Sequence record: PQ493298
Strand: one strand, 5' to 3'
From: Escherichia phage EPIMAM01
DNA: 64,000 nucleotides
Position 1 is the stretch's first letter. Every line of letters starts with the position of its first letter. The notes below the pieces were generated by a model. The model saw nothing but the letters and a program-made list of their open reading frames with translations. It searched no databases and was not told the DNA's origin. Below are positions 11,435 through 21,577 of this stretch, in pieces. The position numbers were made by a program, and so were the translations under genes.

Positions 11435-12859
11435 TTATGGATAGGTATAGATGATACCAGTTTCTAAAGCAGTTTTATGAATGATGTATCCATTGCGTGA
11501 TTCTTGAACATCAACTTCTGGATAGTCTTTCATCATCTTCTGAAGAGTGTAACGATGCAGGTAGTATTTACTGTCTGGATCTTCAGTTTTCCAATCTTTA
11601 CCTTCTTCGGTCATTTTTTGGATTTCATCCATAACCCACCAACCGCACCAGATATAAGCAGAAGTACGATGTGGAAGAGGATGAACATAAGGCAATTCAC
11701 CTTCTGGTTCCGGAGCAACTTTATCAGTTACCTGAACTTGGCCTGTTGCTTTAACTGTTTTACTATCATAGTCGGTTGCTGTAACGACAGCAGTAACTTC
11801 AATAGTTTGACTTCCAATAGATGAGGTGTCAACGGTGTATACGTTAGTTGACCCTTCTACAGGAGAAGAATCTTTCTTCCATGAATAAGTAATTTGTGCT
11901 GCTTCAGGTGCTCCAGTAACATTAGCCGTAAATGTAGCCGAAGCATCTTGCTGAACGTTAATAGAAGGAGGAGTCAATGTAACCTGTGGATTCATTGTCT
12001 TCTTATTAACTGTCAATGATACTTCATTAGAAGTAACTTCCTTTTCATTGTAATTTTCTGCAGTTACTTGCGCTACACATTTAATTCTTTTTACTCCACT
12101 TGTAGTTGGAGTATAGTTAAATGTAGAGTTAGTTTCTCCACCAATTTGAGAATCATCTACATACCACTTATATGTAGCAGACGCTCCATCAGGTTGAGAA
12201 GCTAAGGCAGCAGTAAATTGAACTGGAGTTCCAATTACTCCAGCTGAAGGACTATTAGGAGTTACAACTAAAGTAGTCGCTTGGGTTTTCTTGTTAACAG
12301 TCAGCGACACTTCGTCAGAAGTAACGGTCTTTGTATCATAATCTGTCGCAGTTACTTGAGCTACACACTTAATTTTTTTAACTCCGCTTGTGGCAGGAGT
12401 ATAGTTAAATGTAGCGTCAGTTGCTTCTCCCACAGGAGAACCGTCGACGTGCCATTGATACGTAGCAGATGCACCTGGCGGCTGTGAATCTAAGGCAGCG
12501 GTAAATTGAACAGCTGTTCCGATTACTCCTTCCGAAGGACTATCAGGAGTTACTGTTATTGTAGTAGTCTGTGTCTTATTTTGAACTGTGATAGTTGTCG
12601 TAGTTTCTGCTGTTTCAGGTTCAGCTTCAGATTCTGGAACTGTATTTGTTGCAACTACTTTAATAGTCTTTTGACCTGCAGGTCCTTTTAGTACATAGCT
12701 AAAAGTTGCTTCAGCTCCATCCTGTGGAACATTATCTACACTCCAAGCATAGGTAATAGTTCCACCTTCAGTTTGACCACTGGGTGTAGCAGTAAACTGC
12801 TTGGTTTCATCAATAACTCCTGTTGGGGTTTTAGGAGTTATATCAACTGTAAAAGTCAT
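11435..12859 (-). CDS. hoc: Hoc outer capsid decoration protein with four Ig-like domains
   Basis: 474 aa; N- and C-terminal segments match remembered T4 Hoc; internal Ig-like repeat units ending in SLTVNKKT. Confidence 0.9.
   Translation of the reverse strand: MTFTVDITPKTPTGVIDETKQFTATPSGQTEGGTITYAWSVDNVPQDGAEATFSYVLKGPAGQKTIKVVATNTVPESEAEPETAETTTTITVQNKTQTTTITVTPDSPSEGVIGTAVQFTAALDSQPPGASATYQWHVDGSPVGEATDATFNYTPATSGVKKIKCVAQVTATDYDTKTVTSDEVSLTVNKKTQATTLVVTPNSPSAGVIGTPVQFTAALASQPDGASATYKWYVDDSQIGGETNSTFNYTPTTSGVKRIKCVAQVTAENYNEKEVTSNEVSLTVNKKTMNPQVTLTPPSINVQQDASATFTANVTGAPEAAQITYSWKKDSSPVEGSTNVYTVDTSSIGSQTIEVTAVVTATDYDSKTVKATGQVQVTDKVAPEPEGELPYVHPLPHRTSAYIWCGWWVMDEIQKMTEEGKDWKTEDPDSKYYLHRYTLQKMMKDYPEVDVQESRNGYIIHKTALETGIIYTYP
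11987..12574 (-). repeat. diverged tandem duplication (two ~294-bp units) encoding Ig-like domains 2 and 3 of Hoc
   Basis: Protein residues ~96-193 and ~194-291 are about three-quarters identical; DNA similarity visible. Confidence 0.7.
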
Positions 12860-12868
12860 AAGTTATCC

Positions 12869-13549
12869 TTATTTTAATGTTACGAAAGAAGAATTACGTG
12901 TTTCACGAATTAGAACTGATCCGTCGCGATTAATGTAATAAATTAAGCTAAATAAAGTTTGGTGCGCCGACGCGTGTTCAAAACTAGTTGGGTGAGATTT
13001 CCAATCCGGAGTTTCAGCAATCCATTGGTAAATCCACCAAGGAACAGTGCAGAATCCTGGATTTTTTCCAATCAGCTGAAGATTTGGGCTAAAGTTTTCC
13101 GGAAGAGTAAATACAGACGGCTTTTCAGATTCAATAATCTCAGCTACAGCCTGTTCGAATTTTTCTTCAACAAAAGGAGTATCTTCAATCAAAACATCGG
13201 TATTTTCAGGAATTTTATCCGTTTCTACTACTTTAATTTTAATGTCAGATTTAACCGGAGAATCAATCAGAAGTGCTGCCTCTGGATTGACTTCTTCATC
13301 GTCATATTTTAATCCGTCTGCGGCATCAGCAGCATCGATTAAGTCTTTAATAGATAACCCATCAGTCTCTGGCATAGGTTCACTAGCGAGCTTCTGGAGG
13401 GCTTCTTCAATATCATTAACGATATTATCAAAAGATTTATTCTTTTTGACCTTTATACCAAACTGTTCAGCATATTCAGCTAATTTAGCTTTAGCTTCTT
13501 TATTATCATCAAGAGCCTTCAGCTCTGCAATATAATCTTTATCTATCAT
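12869..13549 (-). CDS. inh: Inh, inhibitor of prohead protease (by synteny)
   Basis: 226 aa ORF directly upstream of hoc as in T4. Confidence 0.7.
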   Translation of the reverse strand: MIDKDYIAELKALDDNKEAKAKLAEYAEQFGIKVKKNKSFDNIVNDIEEALQKLASEPMPETDGLSIKDLIDAADAADGLKYDDEEVNPEAALLIDSPVKSDIKIKVVETDKIPENTDVLIEDTPFVEEKFEQAVAEIIESEKPSVFTLPENFSPNLQLIGKNPGFCTVPWWIYQWIAETPDWKSHPTSFEHASAHQTLFSLIYYINRDGSVLIRETRNSSFVTLK

Positions 13550-13562
13550 AATATTTCCTCAG

Positions 13563-13570
13563 TATAAATA
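13563..13570 (+). promoter_or_regulatory. late promoter box TATAAATA upstream of uvsW
   Basis: Exact TATAAATA 30 nt upstream of ATG 13600. Confidence 0.65.
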
Positions 13571-13599
13571 TAGATATATTTATTACATGGTATTTAGAC

Positions 13600-15111
13600 A
13601 TGACTGACATTAAAGTACATTTTTATGATTTTAGTCACGTGAGAATTGATTGCGAAGAAAGTACATTTCATGAACTCCGTGATTTCTTTAGCTTTGAAGC
13701 TGATGGGTATCGTTTTAATCCGAAATACAAATATGGCCACTGGGATGGACGAATCCGTCTTTTAGATTATAATCGTCTTCTTCCATTCGGCTTAGTCGGG
13801 CAAATTAAAAAGTTCTGCGATAACTTTGGCTATAAAGCCTGGATTGACCCACAGATTAACGAAAAAGAAGAATTATCAAGAAAAGATTTTGATGAATGGC
13901 TTTCTAAATTAGAAATCTATTCAGGAAATAAAAGAATTGAACCGCATTGGTATCAAAAAGATGCAGTGTTCGAAGGATTAGTTAATCGTCGTAGAATTCT
14001 TAATCTTCCAACATCCGCAGGTAAATCTTTAATTCAAGCTTTGCTTGCTCGGTATTATTTGGAAAATTATGAAGGCAAAATTCTTATCATTGTTCCAACA
14101 ACTGCTCTGACAACTCAGATGGCTGATGACTTTGTTGACTATCGTTTATTCAGTCATGCAATGATAAAGAAAATCGGCGGTGGAGCATCAAAAGATGATA
14201 AATATAAAAATGATGCACCAGTCGTTGTTGGTACATGGCAAACTGTAGTAAAACAACCAAAAGAATGGTTCTCACAGTTTGGAATGATGATGAATGATGA
14301 ATGCCATCTTGCTACAGGAAAAAGTATTTCATCTATCATATCAGGTTTAAATAACTGTATGTTTAAATTTGGTTTGTCTGGTTCATTGCGCGATGGCAAA
14401 GCTAATATCATGCAGTATGTTGGAATGTTTGGTGAAATATTTAAGCCAGTAACGACTTCTAAATTAATGGAAGATGGACAAGTAACTGAGTTAAAAATTA
14501 ATAGCATTTTTCTTCGCTATCCCGATGAGTTCACTACTAAATTAAAGGGAAAAACTTACCAAGAAGAAATAAAAATTATTACTGGGCTCAGTAAAAGAAA
14601 TAAATGGATCGCTAAATTAGCTATTAAGCTTGCGCAAAAAGATGAAAACGCTTTTGTCATGTTTAAACACGTATCGCACGGTAAAGCTATTTTCGATTTA
14701 ATTAAAAATGAATACGATAAAGTTTATTACGTATCAGGGGAAGTTGATACCGAAACCCGCAATGTAATGAAAACCTTAGCTGAAAACGGTAAAGGAATAA
14801 TTATAGTAGCTAGTTATGGTGTATTTTCTACTGGTATTTCAGTTAAAAATCTGCATCACGTTGTTTTAGCACACGGTGTTAAATCTAAAATTATTGTATT
14901 GCAAACAATAGGTCGCGTATTACGTAAACATGGTTCTAAAACAATCGCAACAGTCTGGGACCTCATAGATGATTGCGGTGTTAAGCCAAAATCTGCTAAT
15001 ACGAAAAAGAAATACGTTCATTTGAACTATCTTTTAAAACACGGCATTGATCGTATTCAGCGCTACGCAGATGAAAAATTTAATTACGTAATGAAAACAG
15101 TTAATTTATAA
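13600..15111 (+). CDS. uvsW: UvsW DNA/RNA helicase
   Basis: 503 aa; Walker A-like PTSAGKS and DECH box; synteny. Confidence 0.92.
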   Translation: MTDIKVHFYDFSHVRIDCEESTFHELRDFFSFEADGYRFNPKYKYGHWDGRIRLLDYNRLLPFGLVGQIKKFCDNFGYKAWIDPQINEKEELSRKDFDEWLSKLEIYSGNKRIEPHWYQKDAVFEGLVNRRRILNLPTSAGKSLIQALLARYYLENYEGKILIIVPTTALTTQMADDFVDYRLFSHAMIKKIGGGASKDDKYKNDAPVVVGTWQTVVKQPKEWFSQFGMMMNDECHLATGKSISSIISGLNNCMFKFGLSGSLRDGKANIMQYVGMFGEIFKPVTTSKLMEDGQVTELKINSIFLRYPDEFTTKLKGKTYQEEIKIITGLSKRNKWIAKLAIKLAQKDENAFVMFKHVSHGKAIFDLIKNEYDKVYYVSGEVDTETRNVMKTLAENGKGIIIVASYGVFSTGISVKNLHHVVLAHGVKSKIIVLQTIGRVLRKHGSKTIATVWDLIDDCGVKPKSANTKKKYVHLNYLLKHGIDRIQRYADEKFNYVMKTVNL

Positions 15112-15123
15112 GGGCTTCGGCCC
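15112..15123 (+). terminator. stem-loop GGGC-TTCG-GCCC after uvsW
   Basis: Inverted repeat overlapping uvsW stop. Confidence 0.5.
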
Positions 15124-15124
15124 T

Positions 15125-15367
15125 TTGGAGAAAAAGATGTTACTAGAATTTAAACAATTTCTTTATGAAGCTTCTATTGATGAATTTATGGGTAAAATTG
15201 CCTCTTGTCAAACAATAGAAGGTCTAGAAGAACTTGAAGCTTATTATAAGAAAAGAGTTAAAGAAACTGAATTAAAAGATACTGATGACATCTCAGTCAG
15301 AGATGCTTTGGCAGGAAAAAGAGCTGAATTAGAAGATTCAGACGATGAAGTAGAAGAAAGCTTTTAA
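15125..15367 (+). CDS. uvsW.1: UvsW.1 small acidic protein
   Basis: 80 aa ORF immediately after uvsW. Confidence 0.7.
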   Translation: MEKKMLLEFKQFLYEASIDEFMGKIASCQTIEGLEELEAYYKKRVKETELKDTDDISVRDALAGKRAELEDSDDEVEESF

Positions 15368-15422
15368 ATTAAAAAAGGCCCAACCAAAAAGGAAGGGCCA
15401 AAACTATAGACTAAAGGTCACA

Positions 15423-15590
15423 CTATAGCAAAAGTTGTGTTTCATTTAATTGTTCTTCCGAACTTTCTGAAACTGGTAGTTCTTTAATGTAATTATAACA
15501 AGGCCCAGGATGTACAGGACCTTTGTCTGTTTCAACAACCAATGCAGAATCGATTGGAGTTTTACAGACAACACAAATCTTATCTGACAT
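15423..15590 (-). CDS. small Cys-containing protein (CxxC...PGPC), not in ORF track
   Basis: Hand-translated 55-codon ORF MSDKICVVCKTPIDS...; ATG at 15590. Confidence 0.4.
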   Translation of the reverse strand: MSDKICVVCKTPIDSALVVETDKGPVHPGPCYNYIKELPVSESSEEQLNETQLLL

Positions 15591-15618
15591 GATTGTCTCC
15601 TCTAAATTATATATCTAT

Positions 15619-15843
15619 TTATATAACTCTCATATGCATATCAATGCCCATATCTTTGGAATAAAAATATTCATCAAGATATCCAGCAAATTTTCCTTTA
15701 ACATAAAGTACATCTTCACCGCATGGATGGTCGGCCAGGATACGAATATCCTGACGCTTGAGATTATACTTTTTCATTAAGAATTGAATTTCCGTTTCGA
15801 ATTCTTCTTCATAATTAAAAGCATCATCAATGCTATATTTCAT
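15619..15843 (-). CDS. hypothetical protein upstream-coupled to uvsY (uvsY.-1 position)
   Basis: 74 aa ORF abutting uvsY stop. Confidence 0.6.
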   Translation of the reverse strand: MKYSIDDAFNYEEEFETEIQFLMKKYNLKRQDIRILADHPCGEDVLYVKGKFAGYLDEYFYSKDMGIDMHMRVI

Positions 15844-16256
15844 TATTTTCCAGCCTCAAATGCTCGCATGTCTTGAATATGCTTAATAGCAAATCCGCGT
15901 GATTTAATAGCATCAAGAGCTCCGCTACAGAAATCCAATAAAATTCCCCAATACTGCAATGAAGTATCAACTTTTAAAACATCCTTATCAGCTGATAGAA
16001 CTGTCTTCATTTCTGATTTCTCATAACGGTCCATACTAAATTCATCACCATCTCCTCGTCCCGAGTAGTAGTCTAATTTAGCTTTAAGAGCAACTTTTTT
16101 CTGTGCTTCAATTCTAAGCATTTCCTTTTTAATACTTGAATGCTTATTGAGCCATTTACTATATAACATCACATTATTAGCTGCTTCATACTGTAATTTA
16201 GTCGAATCTATAAACACATCTTTCTTCAATTCTTCTTGAAGATCTTCTAATTTCAT
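15843..16256 (-). CDS. uvsY: UvsY recombination mediator
   Basis: 137 aa; matches remembered T4 UvsY length and sequence. Confidence 0.92.
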   Translation of the reverse strand: MKLEDLQEELKKDVFIDSTKLQYEAANNVMLYSKWLNKHSSIKKEMLRIEAQKKVALKAKLDYYSGRGDGDEFSMDRYEKSEMKTVLSADKDVLKVDTSLQYWGILLDFCSGALDAIKSRGFAIKHIQDMRAFEAGK

Positions 16257-16322
16257 ATTGTTCTCTATTCAATTGTTATTGGATGGACTTAGATTCATTA
16301 TACCACGTTTATACGTGAAGCA

Positions 16323-16721
16323 TTATACTCTGTTACTGGAAGCCAGTTGTAGTTTTATCTGCTCAATATCATCAGGGTTATCGATGACTGAAAAGCGTAT
16401 TTCTACTATCAGAGTATAATCATCATAAACCGGTATTACATTAACTGCTAATTTATCAATACGTGGCTCGTAGTTTCTTACTGCGCTTTCAATGTTACGC
16501 TCAACAGTATCAGCAGTAAGAGGAGTCATATTCTCAAAAAGTTGATCAGATAAATCGCATCCAAATTCTGGGTCAAATGGCCTTGACCCTTTCCTGGTTG
16601 TAATAATTCCTAAAAGGCTATTTTTAATTGACCTTAATCCAAGAGATCTTGAAACATCTTTGTCCCAATCCATTTTCATTTCTGGGTCAATGTCAGAATA
16701 AAGCTTATTAATATTTGCCAT
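16323..16721 (-). CDS. 25: baseplate wedge protein gp25
   Basis: 132 aa; synteny with 26 and 51. Confidence 0.85.
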   Translation of the reverse strand: MANINKLYSDIDPEMKMDWDKDVSRSLGLRSIKNSLLGIITTRKGSRPFDPEFGCDLSDQLFENMTPLTADTVERNIESAVRNYEPRIDKLAVNVIPVYDDYTLIVEIRFSVIDNPDDIEQIKLQLASSNRV

Positions 16722-17347
16722 TACAATAGCTCAAAGAATTCTTTGAGTCCTCTTATTACATGAGCGTGAGTTTTTCCACACTCTGGACACTTAATTGGAA
16801 CAGCCAAATAAACAGTAGGCTTTAAAAGCATATCTTTTATAGCTACAATATCTGACTCTGTGATGATAGAATATAAATCTTCCAATTCTTTTTCATTTAA
16901 GTCTTCAACTGGAATGCTTTCACCATTAGCATGAATCGTTTCTATGCATGATACTATCATGTGGGCTATATTTTTATCATCAAAAATTTTAGGGTAATGG
17001 AACTTAATTTTAATGTCACCCAGTGTATACCAGAGGTCTTCTGGTGCATCTATTTGTGTATGTAATAGATTTATATGGGTTGGTATTTCAGTTCCACAGG
17101 TGCACTTCCAGGAGTTTTCATGATTAACTTCTCCAAGAGAATGCGCCCATAAATGAATCAGCAGTAGTTCTGATTCTTGACGGTTTAAATCTTTTGCATT
17201 TGTGCATTCTTTGATTAGCTTTTTAACGATCTCTTCTACTGAACCGTTCTTTTTAGCAGTAATAAGCTCTAGATATTCTTTAAGAGTAAATGCGCGACAG
17301 TTGATTATTTTAGAACCAACTCTCACATCAAATTTGTATTCATACAT
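16721..17347 (-). CDS. 26: baseplate hub protein gp26
   Basis: 208 aa; synteny. Confidence 0.8.
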   Translation of the reverse strand: MYEYKFDVRVGSKIINCRAFTLKEYLELITAKKNGSVEEIVKKLIKECTNAKDLNRQESELLLIHLWAHSLGEVNHENSWKCTCGTEIPTHINLLHTQIDAPEDLWYTLGDIKIKFHYPKIFDDKNIAHMIVSCIETIHANGESIPVEDLNEKELEDLYSIITESDIVAIKDMLLKPTVYLAVPIKCPECGKTHAHVIRGLKEFFELL

Positions 17348-17368
17348 ATTTAGCTCCTTTATTTATCA

Positions 17369-17380
17369 TATTTATAAATA
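17369..17380. promoter_or_regulatory. palindromic TATTTATAAATA giving overlapping divergent late promoter boxes for gene 26 (minus) and gene 51 (plus)
   Basis: TATAAATA on plus strand at 17373-17380 and on minus strand at 17369-17376. Confidence 0.6.
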
Positions 17381-17397
17381 GAATAAAAGGAGCATCT

Positions 17398-18150
17398 ATG
17401 GCAAACATTATTCGTTGTAAATTACCAGATGGTGTTCATCGTTTTAAACCATTTACGGTAGAAGATTATCGAGATTTTTTGTTAGTTCGAAACGATATAG
17501 AACATCGGTCACCACAAGAACAAAAAGAAATAATTGCTGATTTAATTGCCGATTATTTTGGAGACTATCCGAAGACTTGGCAACCATTTATATTTTTGCA
17601 GGTATTTGTAGGGTCAATAGGTAAAACTAAAGTACCGGTCACATTTGTATGTCCAAAATGCAAAAAAGAAAAGACAGTTCCATTTGAAATATATCAAAAA
17701 GAATTAAAGGAACCTGTTTTTGATGTAGCTAATGTTAAAATTAAATTAAAGTTTCCTTCTGAGTTTTATGAAAATAAAGCAAAGATGATTACTGAAAATA
17801 TTCATTCCGTTCAAGTAGATGAAATGTGGTATGATTGGAAGGAAATTAGCGAATCGAGTCAAATAGAACTTGTTGATGCCATCGAGATAGAAACATTAGA
17901 AAAAATTCTCGATGCAATGAATCCTATTAATTTAACACTGCATATGTCGTGTTGTAATAAGTATGTAAAAAAATACACTGATATAGTAGATGTGTTTAAG
18001 CTATTAGTTAATCCAGATGAGATATTTACTTTTTATCAAATTAATCACACACTTGTAAAAAGTAATTATAGCTTAAATTCAATAATGAAAATGATTCCTG
18101 CTGAGCGCGGATTCGTATTAAAACTGATTGAGAAGGATAAACAACAATGA
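17398..18150 (+). CDS. 51: baseplate hub assembly protein gp51
   Basis: 250 aa; synteny. Confidence 0.8.
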   Translation: MANIIRCKLPDGVHRFKPFTVEDYRDFLLVRNDIEHRSPQEQKEIIADLIADYFGDYPKTWQPFIFLQVFVGSIGKTKVPVTFVCPKCKKEKTVPFEIYQKELKEPVFDVANVKIKLKFPSEFYENKAKMITENIHSVQVDEMWYDWKEISESSQIELVDAIEIETLEKILDAMNPINLTLHMSCCNKYVKKYTDIVDVFKLLVNPDEIFTFYQINHTLVKSNYSLNSIMKMIPAERGFVLKLIEKDKQQ

Positions 18151-19322
18151 GTATGTTGCAACGCCCCGGATATCCAAATCTCAGCGTTAAATTATTTGAG
18201 AGTTATGACGCTTGGAGTAATAATAGATTTGTTGAATTAGCTGCTACTATTACCACATTAACTATGCGGGATTCTCTTTATGGTCGAAATGAAGGAATGC
18301 TGCAGTTTTATGATTCTAAAAACATCCATACAAAAATGGATGGAAATGAAATAATTCAGATTTCTGTAGCTAATGCAAACGATATTAATAATGTTAAAAC
18401 ACGAATTTATGGATGTAAGCACTTTTCCGTATCGGTAGATTCAAAGGGTGATAACATCATTGCTATTGAATTGGGAACTATTCATTCTATAGAAAATCTT
18501 AAATTTGGCAGACCGTTTTTCTCTGATGCAGGCGAATCTATAAAGGAAATGCTTGGTGTCATTTATCAGGATCGCACATTATTAACTCCAGCAATAAATG
18601 CTATAAATGCTTATGTTCCTGATATTCCATGGACTAGCACATTTGAAAACTATTTGTCGTATGTCAGAGAAGTTGCTCTAGCTGTAGGAAGTGACAAATT
18701 TGTATTTGTATGGCAAGACATCATGGGAGTTAACATGATGGACTATGATATGATGATAAATCAAGAACCATATCCAATGATTGTCGGTGAGCCATCTTTA
18801 ATAGGTCAATTCATCCAAGAATTAAAATATCCATTAGCATATGATTTCGTTTGGTTGACTAAATCGAATCCTCATAAACGCGACCCAATGAAAAATGCTA
18901 CTATTTATACTCATTCATTTTTAGATTCTTCATTGCCAATGATTACTACAGGAAAGGGCGAAAACTCTATTGTAGTGTCAAGGTCAGGTGCTTATTCTGA
19001 AATGACTTATAGGAATGGGTATGAAGAAGCTATTCGTCTTCAAACTATGGCGCAATACGATGGCTATGCTAAATGTTCTACTGTCGGTAATTTTAACTTG
19101 ACTCCTGGCGTTAAAATTATTTTTAATGATAGTAAAAACCAATTTAAAACAGAATTTTACGTTGATGAAGTTATCCATGAATTATCCAATAATAATTCAG
19201 TAACTCATCTATATATGTTCACTAATGCAACGAAACTGGAAACAATAGACCCAGTTAAGGTTAAAAATGAATTTAAATCTGATACTACCACTGAAGAAAG
19301 TAGTTCTTCCAATAAACAATAA
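18147..19322 (+). CDS. 27: baseplate hub protein gp27
   Basis: 391 aa, same length as T4 gp27. Confidence 0.9.
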   Translation: MSMLQRPGYPNLSVKLFESYDAWSNNRFVELAATITTLTMRDSLYGRNEGMLQFYDSKNIHTKMDGNEIIQISVANANDINNVKTRIYGCKHFSVSVDSKGDNIIAIELGTIHSIENLKFGRPFFSDAGESIKEMLGVIYQDRTLLTPAINAINAYVPDIPWTSTFENYLSYVREVALAVGSDKFVFVWQDIMGVNMMDYDMMINQEPYPMIVGEPSLIGQFIQELKYPLAYDFVWLTKSNPHKRDPMKNATIYTHSFLDSSLPMITTGKGENSIVVSRSGAYSEMTYRNGYEEAIRLQTMAQYDGYAKCSTVGNFNLTPGVKIIFNDSKNQFKTEFYVDEVIHELSNNNSVTHLYMFTNATKLETIDPVKVKNEFKSDTTTEESSSSNKQ

Positions 19323-19800
19323 AGAAGTTTCTATTCCTAAAATGGGTCTTAAACATTATAACATTTTAAAAGATGTTAAAGGTCCTGATGAAAATTTAAA
19401 ACTTCTTATTGATTCTATTTGTCCGAATTTATCACCAGCAGAAGTTGATTTCGTTTCCATTCATTTATTGGAATTTAATGGAAAGATTAAATCCCGTAAA
19501 GAAATAGATGGTTATACTTATGACATTAATGATGTTTATGTGTGCCAAAGATTAGAATTTCAATACCAAGGAAATACATTTTATTTTAGACCTCCTGGAA
19601 AATTTGAGCAATTTTTGACAGTAAGCGATATGTTATCTAAATGCTTGCTTAAGGTCAATGATGAAGTTAAAGAAATTAATTTTCTTGAGATGCCAGCATT
19701 TGTATTAAAATGGGCAAATGATATTTCTACAACTTTAGCAATTCCTGGCCCTAATGGTCCAATAACTGGAATTGGTAATATTATTGGATTATTTGAATGA
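19267..19800 (+). CDS. 28: baseplate hub distal subunit gp28
   Basis: 177 aa; overlaps 3' end of gene 27 in another frame. Confidence 0.8.
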   Translation: MNLNLILPLKKVVLPINNKEVSIPKMGLKHYNILKDVKGPDENLKLLIDSICPNLSPAEVDFVSIHLLEFNGKIKSRKEIDGYTYDINDVYVCQRLEFQYQGNTFYFRPPGKFEQFLTVSDMLSKCLLKVNDEVKEINFLEMPAFVLKWANDISTTLAIPGPNGPITGIGNIIGLFE

Positions 19801-21569
19801 AAAAGCCACAAGAAATGCAAACGATGCGTAGAAAAGTTATTTCAGATAATAAACCAGTTCAGGAAGCGGCTAAATCCGCTTCTAATACTTTATCTGGACT
19901 TAACGATATATCTACGAAATTGGATGATGCTCAAGCTGCTTCTGAATTAATTGCTCAAACTGTCGAAGAAAAATCGAATGAAATAATTGGAGCAATTGAC
20001 AATGTAGAAAGCGCAGTGAGTGATACTACTGCTGGTTCTGAGTTAATTGCTGAAACTGTTGAAATTGGCAATAATATTAATAAAGAAATCGGCGAATCGC
20101 TCGGGAGCAAATTAGATAAATTAACAAGTTTACTAGAGCAAAAAATTCAGACAGCTGGAATTCAACAGACTGGAACTAGTTTAGCCACGGTTGAAAGCGC
20201 TATTCCTGTTAAAGTTGTTGAGGACGATACAGCTGAATCTGTTGGTCCTTTATTACCGGCTCCTGAAGCGGTTAATAATGATCCTGATGCTGATTTTTTC
20301 CCTACCCCTCAGCCAGTTGAACCTAAACAAGAATCGCCAGAAGAAAAACAGAAAAAAGAAGCATTTAATTTAAAATTATCTCAAGCTTTAGATAAATTAA
20401 CAAAGACTGTTGATTTTGGATTTAAAAAATCCATTTCAATTACTGATAAAATATCAAGTATGCTATTTAAGTATACTGTCAGTGCTGCTATTGAAGCTGC
20501 TAAAATGGTTGCATTAATAATGGCTGTTGTTATTGGAATAGACCTACTGATGGTTCATTTTAAATATTGGTCAGATAAATTTTCAAAAGCCTGGGATTTG
20601 TTTAGCACTGATTTTAAAACTTTTTCAAGCGAAACCGGAACTTGGGGTCCTTTATTACAGAGCATCTTTGAATCTATTGATGAAATTAAAAAGTTCTGGG
20701 AAGCTGGAGACTGGGGTGGATTGACAGTAGCTATTGTGGAAGGACTTGGAAGTGTTCTTTATAATTTAGGAGAACTTATTCAACTTGGAATGGCTAAATT
20801 ATCAGCAGCAATTCTTCGAGTTATTCCTGGTATGAAGGATACCGCTGATGAAGTAGAAGGAAGAGCATTAGAAAATTTCCAAAATTCTACTGGAGCATCT
20901 CTCAATAAAGAAGACCAAGAAAAAGTAGCAAATTATCAAGATAAACGAATGAATGACGATCTTGGTCCAATAGCAAAAGGATTAGATAAAATTGCTAATT
21001 GGAAAACCCGTGCATCTAACTGGATTCGTGGTGTTGATAATAAAGAAGCATTGACAACCGATGAAGAACGCGCAGCAGAAGAAGAAAAATTAAAGCAACT
21101 TTCACCAGAAGAAAGAAAAAACGCTTTAATGAAGGCTAATGAAGCTCGTGCTGCGATGATTCGTTTTGAAAAATATGCCGATTCAGCTGATATGAGTAAA
21201 GACTCAACAGTTAAATCAATTGAAGCCGCTCATGAAGACCTTAAAAAACGGATGAATGACCCGGATTTAAATAATTCACCTGCAGTTAAAAAGGAGCTTG
21301 CTTCTAGATTTGCTAAAATTGATGCTACTTATCAAGAGCTTAAGAAAAATCAACCTGAGGCCAAACCTGAAACTTCTGCTAAATCGCCAGAAGCAAAACA
21401 AGTCCAGGTAATAGAAAAGAACAAAGCGCAACAAGCTCCTGTTCAACAAGCATCTCCTTCAATCAATAATACTAATAATGTTATTAAGAAAAATACTGTC
21501 GTTCATAATATGACACCCGTAACGAGCACAACTGCTCCTGGTGTATTTGGCGCGACTGGAGTTAATTAA
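19797..21569 (+). CDS. 29: tail tube length determinant / baseplate hub protein gp29
   Basis: 590 aa, same as T4 gp29. Confidence 0.85.
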   Translation: MKKPQEMQTMRRKVISDNKPVQEAAKSASNTLSGLNDISTKLDDAQAASELIAQTVEEKSNEIIGAIDNVESAVSDTTAGSELIAETVEIGNNINKEIGESLGSKLDKLTSLLEQKIQTAGIQQTGTSLATVESAIPVKVVEDDTAESVGPLLPAPEAVNNDPDADFFPTPQPVEPKQESPEEKQKKEAFNLKLSQALDKLTKTVDFGFKKSISITDKISSMLFKYTVSAAIEAAKMVALIMAVVIGIDLLMVHFKYWSDKFSKAWDLFSTDFKTFSSETGTWGPLLQSIFESIDEIKKFWEAGDWGGLTVAIVEGLGSVLYNLGELIQLGMAKLSAAILRVIPGMKDTADEVEGRALENFQNSTGASLNKEDQEKVANYQDKRMNDDLGPIAKGLDKIANWKTRASNWIRGVDNKEALTTDEERAAEEEKLKQLSPEERKNALMKANEARAAMIRFEKYADSADMSKDSTVKSIEAAHEDLKKRMNDPDLNNSPAVKKELASRFAKIDATYQELKKNQPEAKPETSAKSPEAKQVQVIEKNKAQQAPVQQASPSINNTNNVIKKNTVVHNMTPVTSTTAPGVFGATGVN

Positions 21570-21577
21570 GGAATAAT

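Noticed and set aside
13550-13599. Possible minus-strand late promoter for inh
   Set aside because: Minus-strand sequence gives only TAATAAATA-like near matches, not an exact TATAAATA; too weak to annotate.
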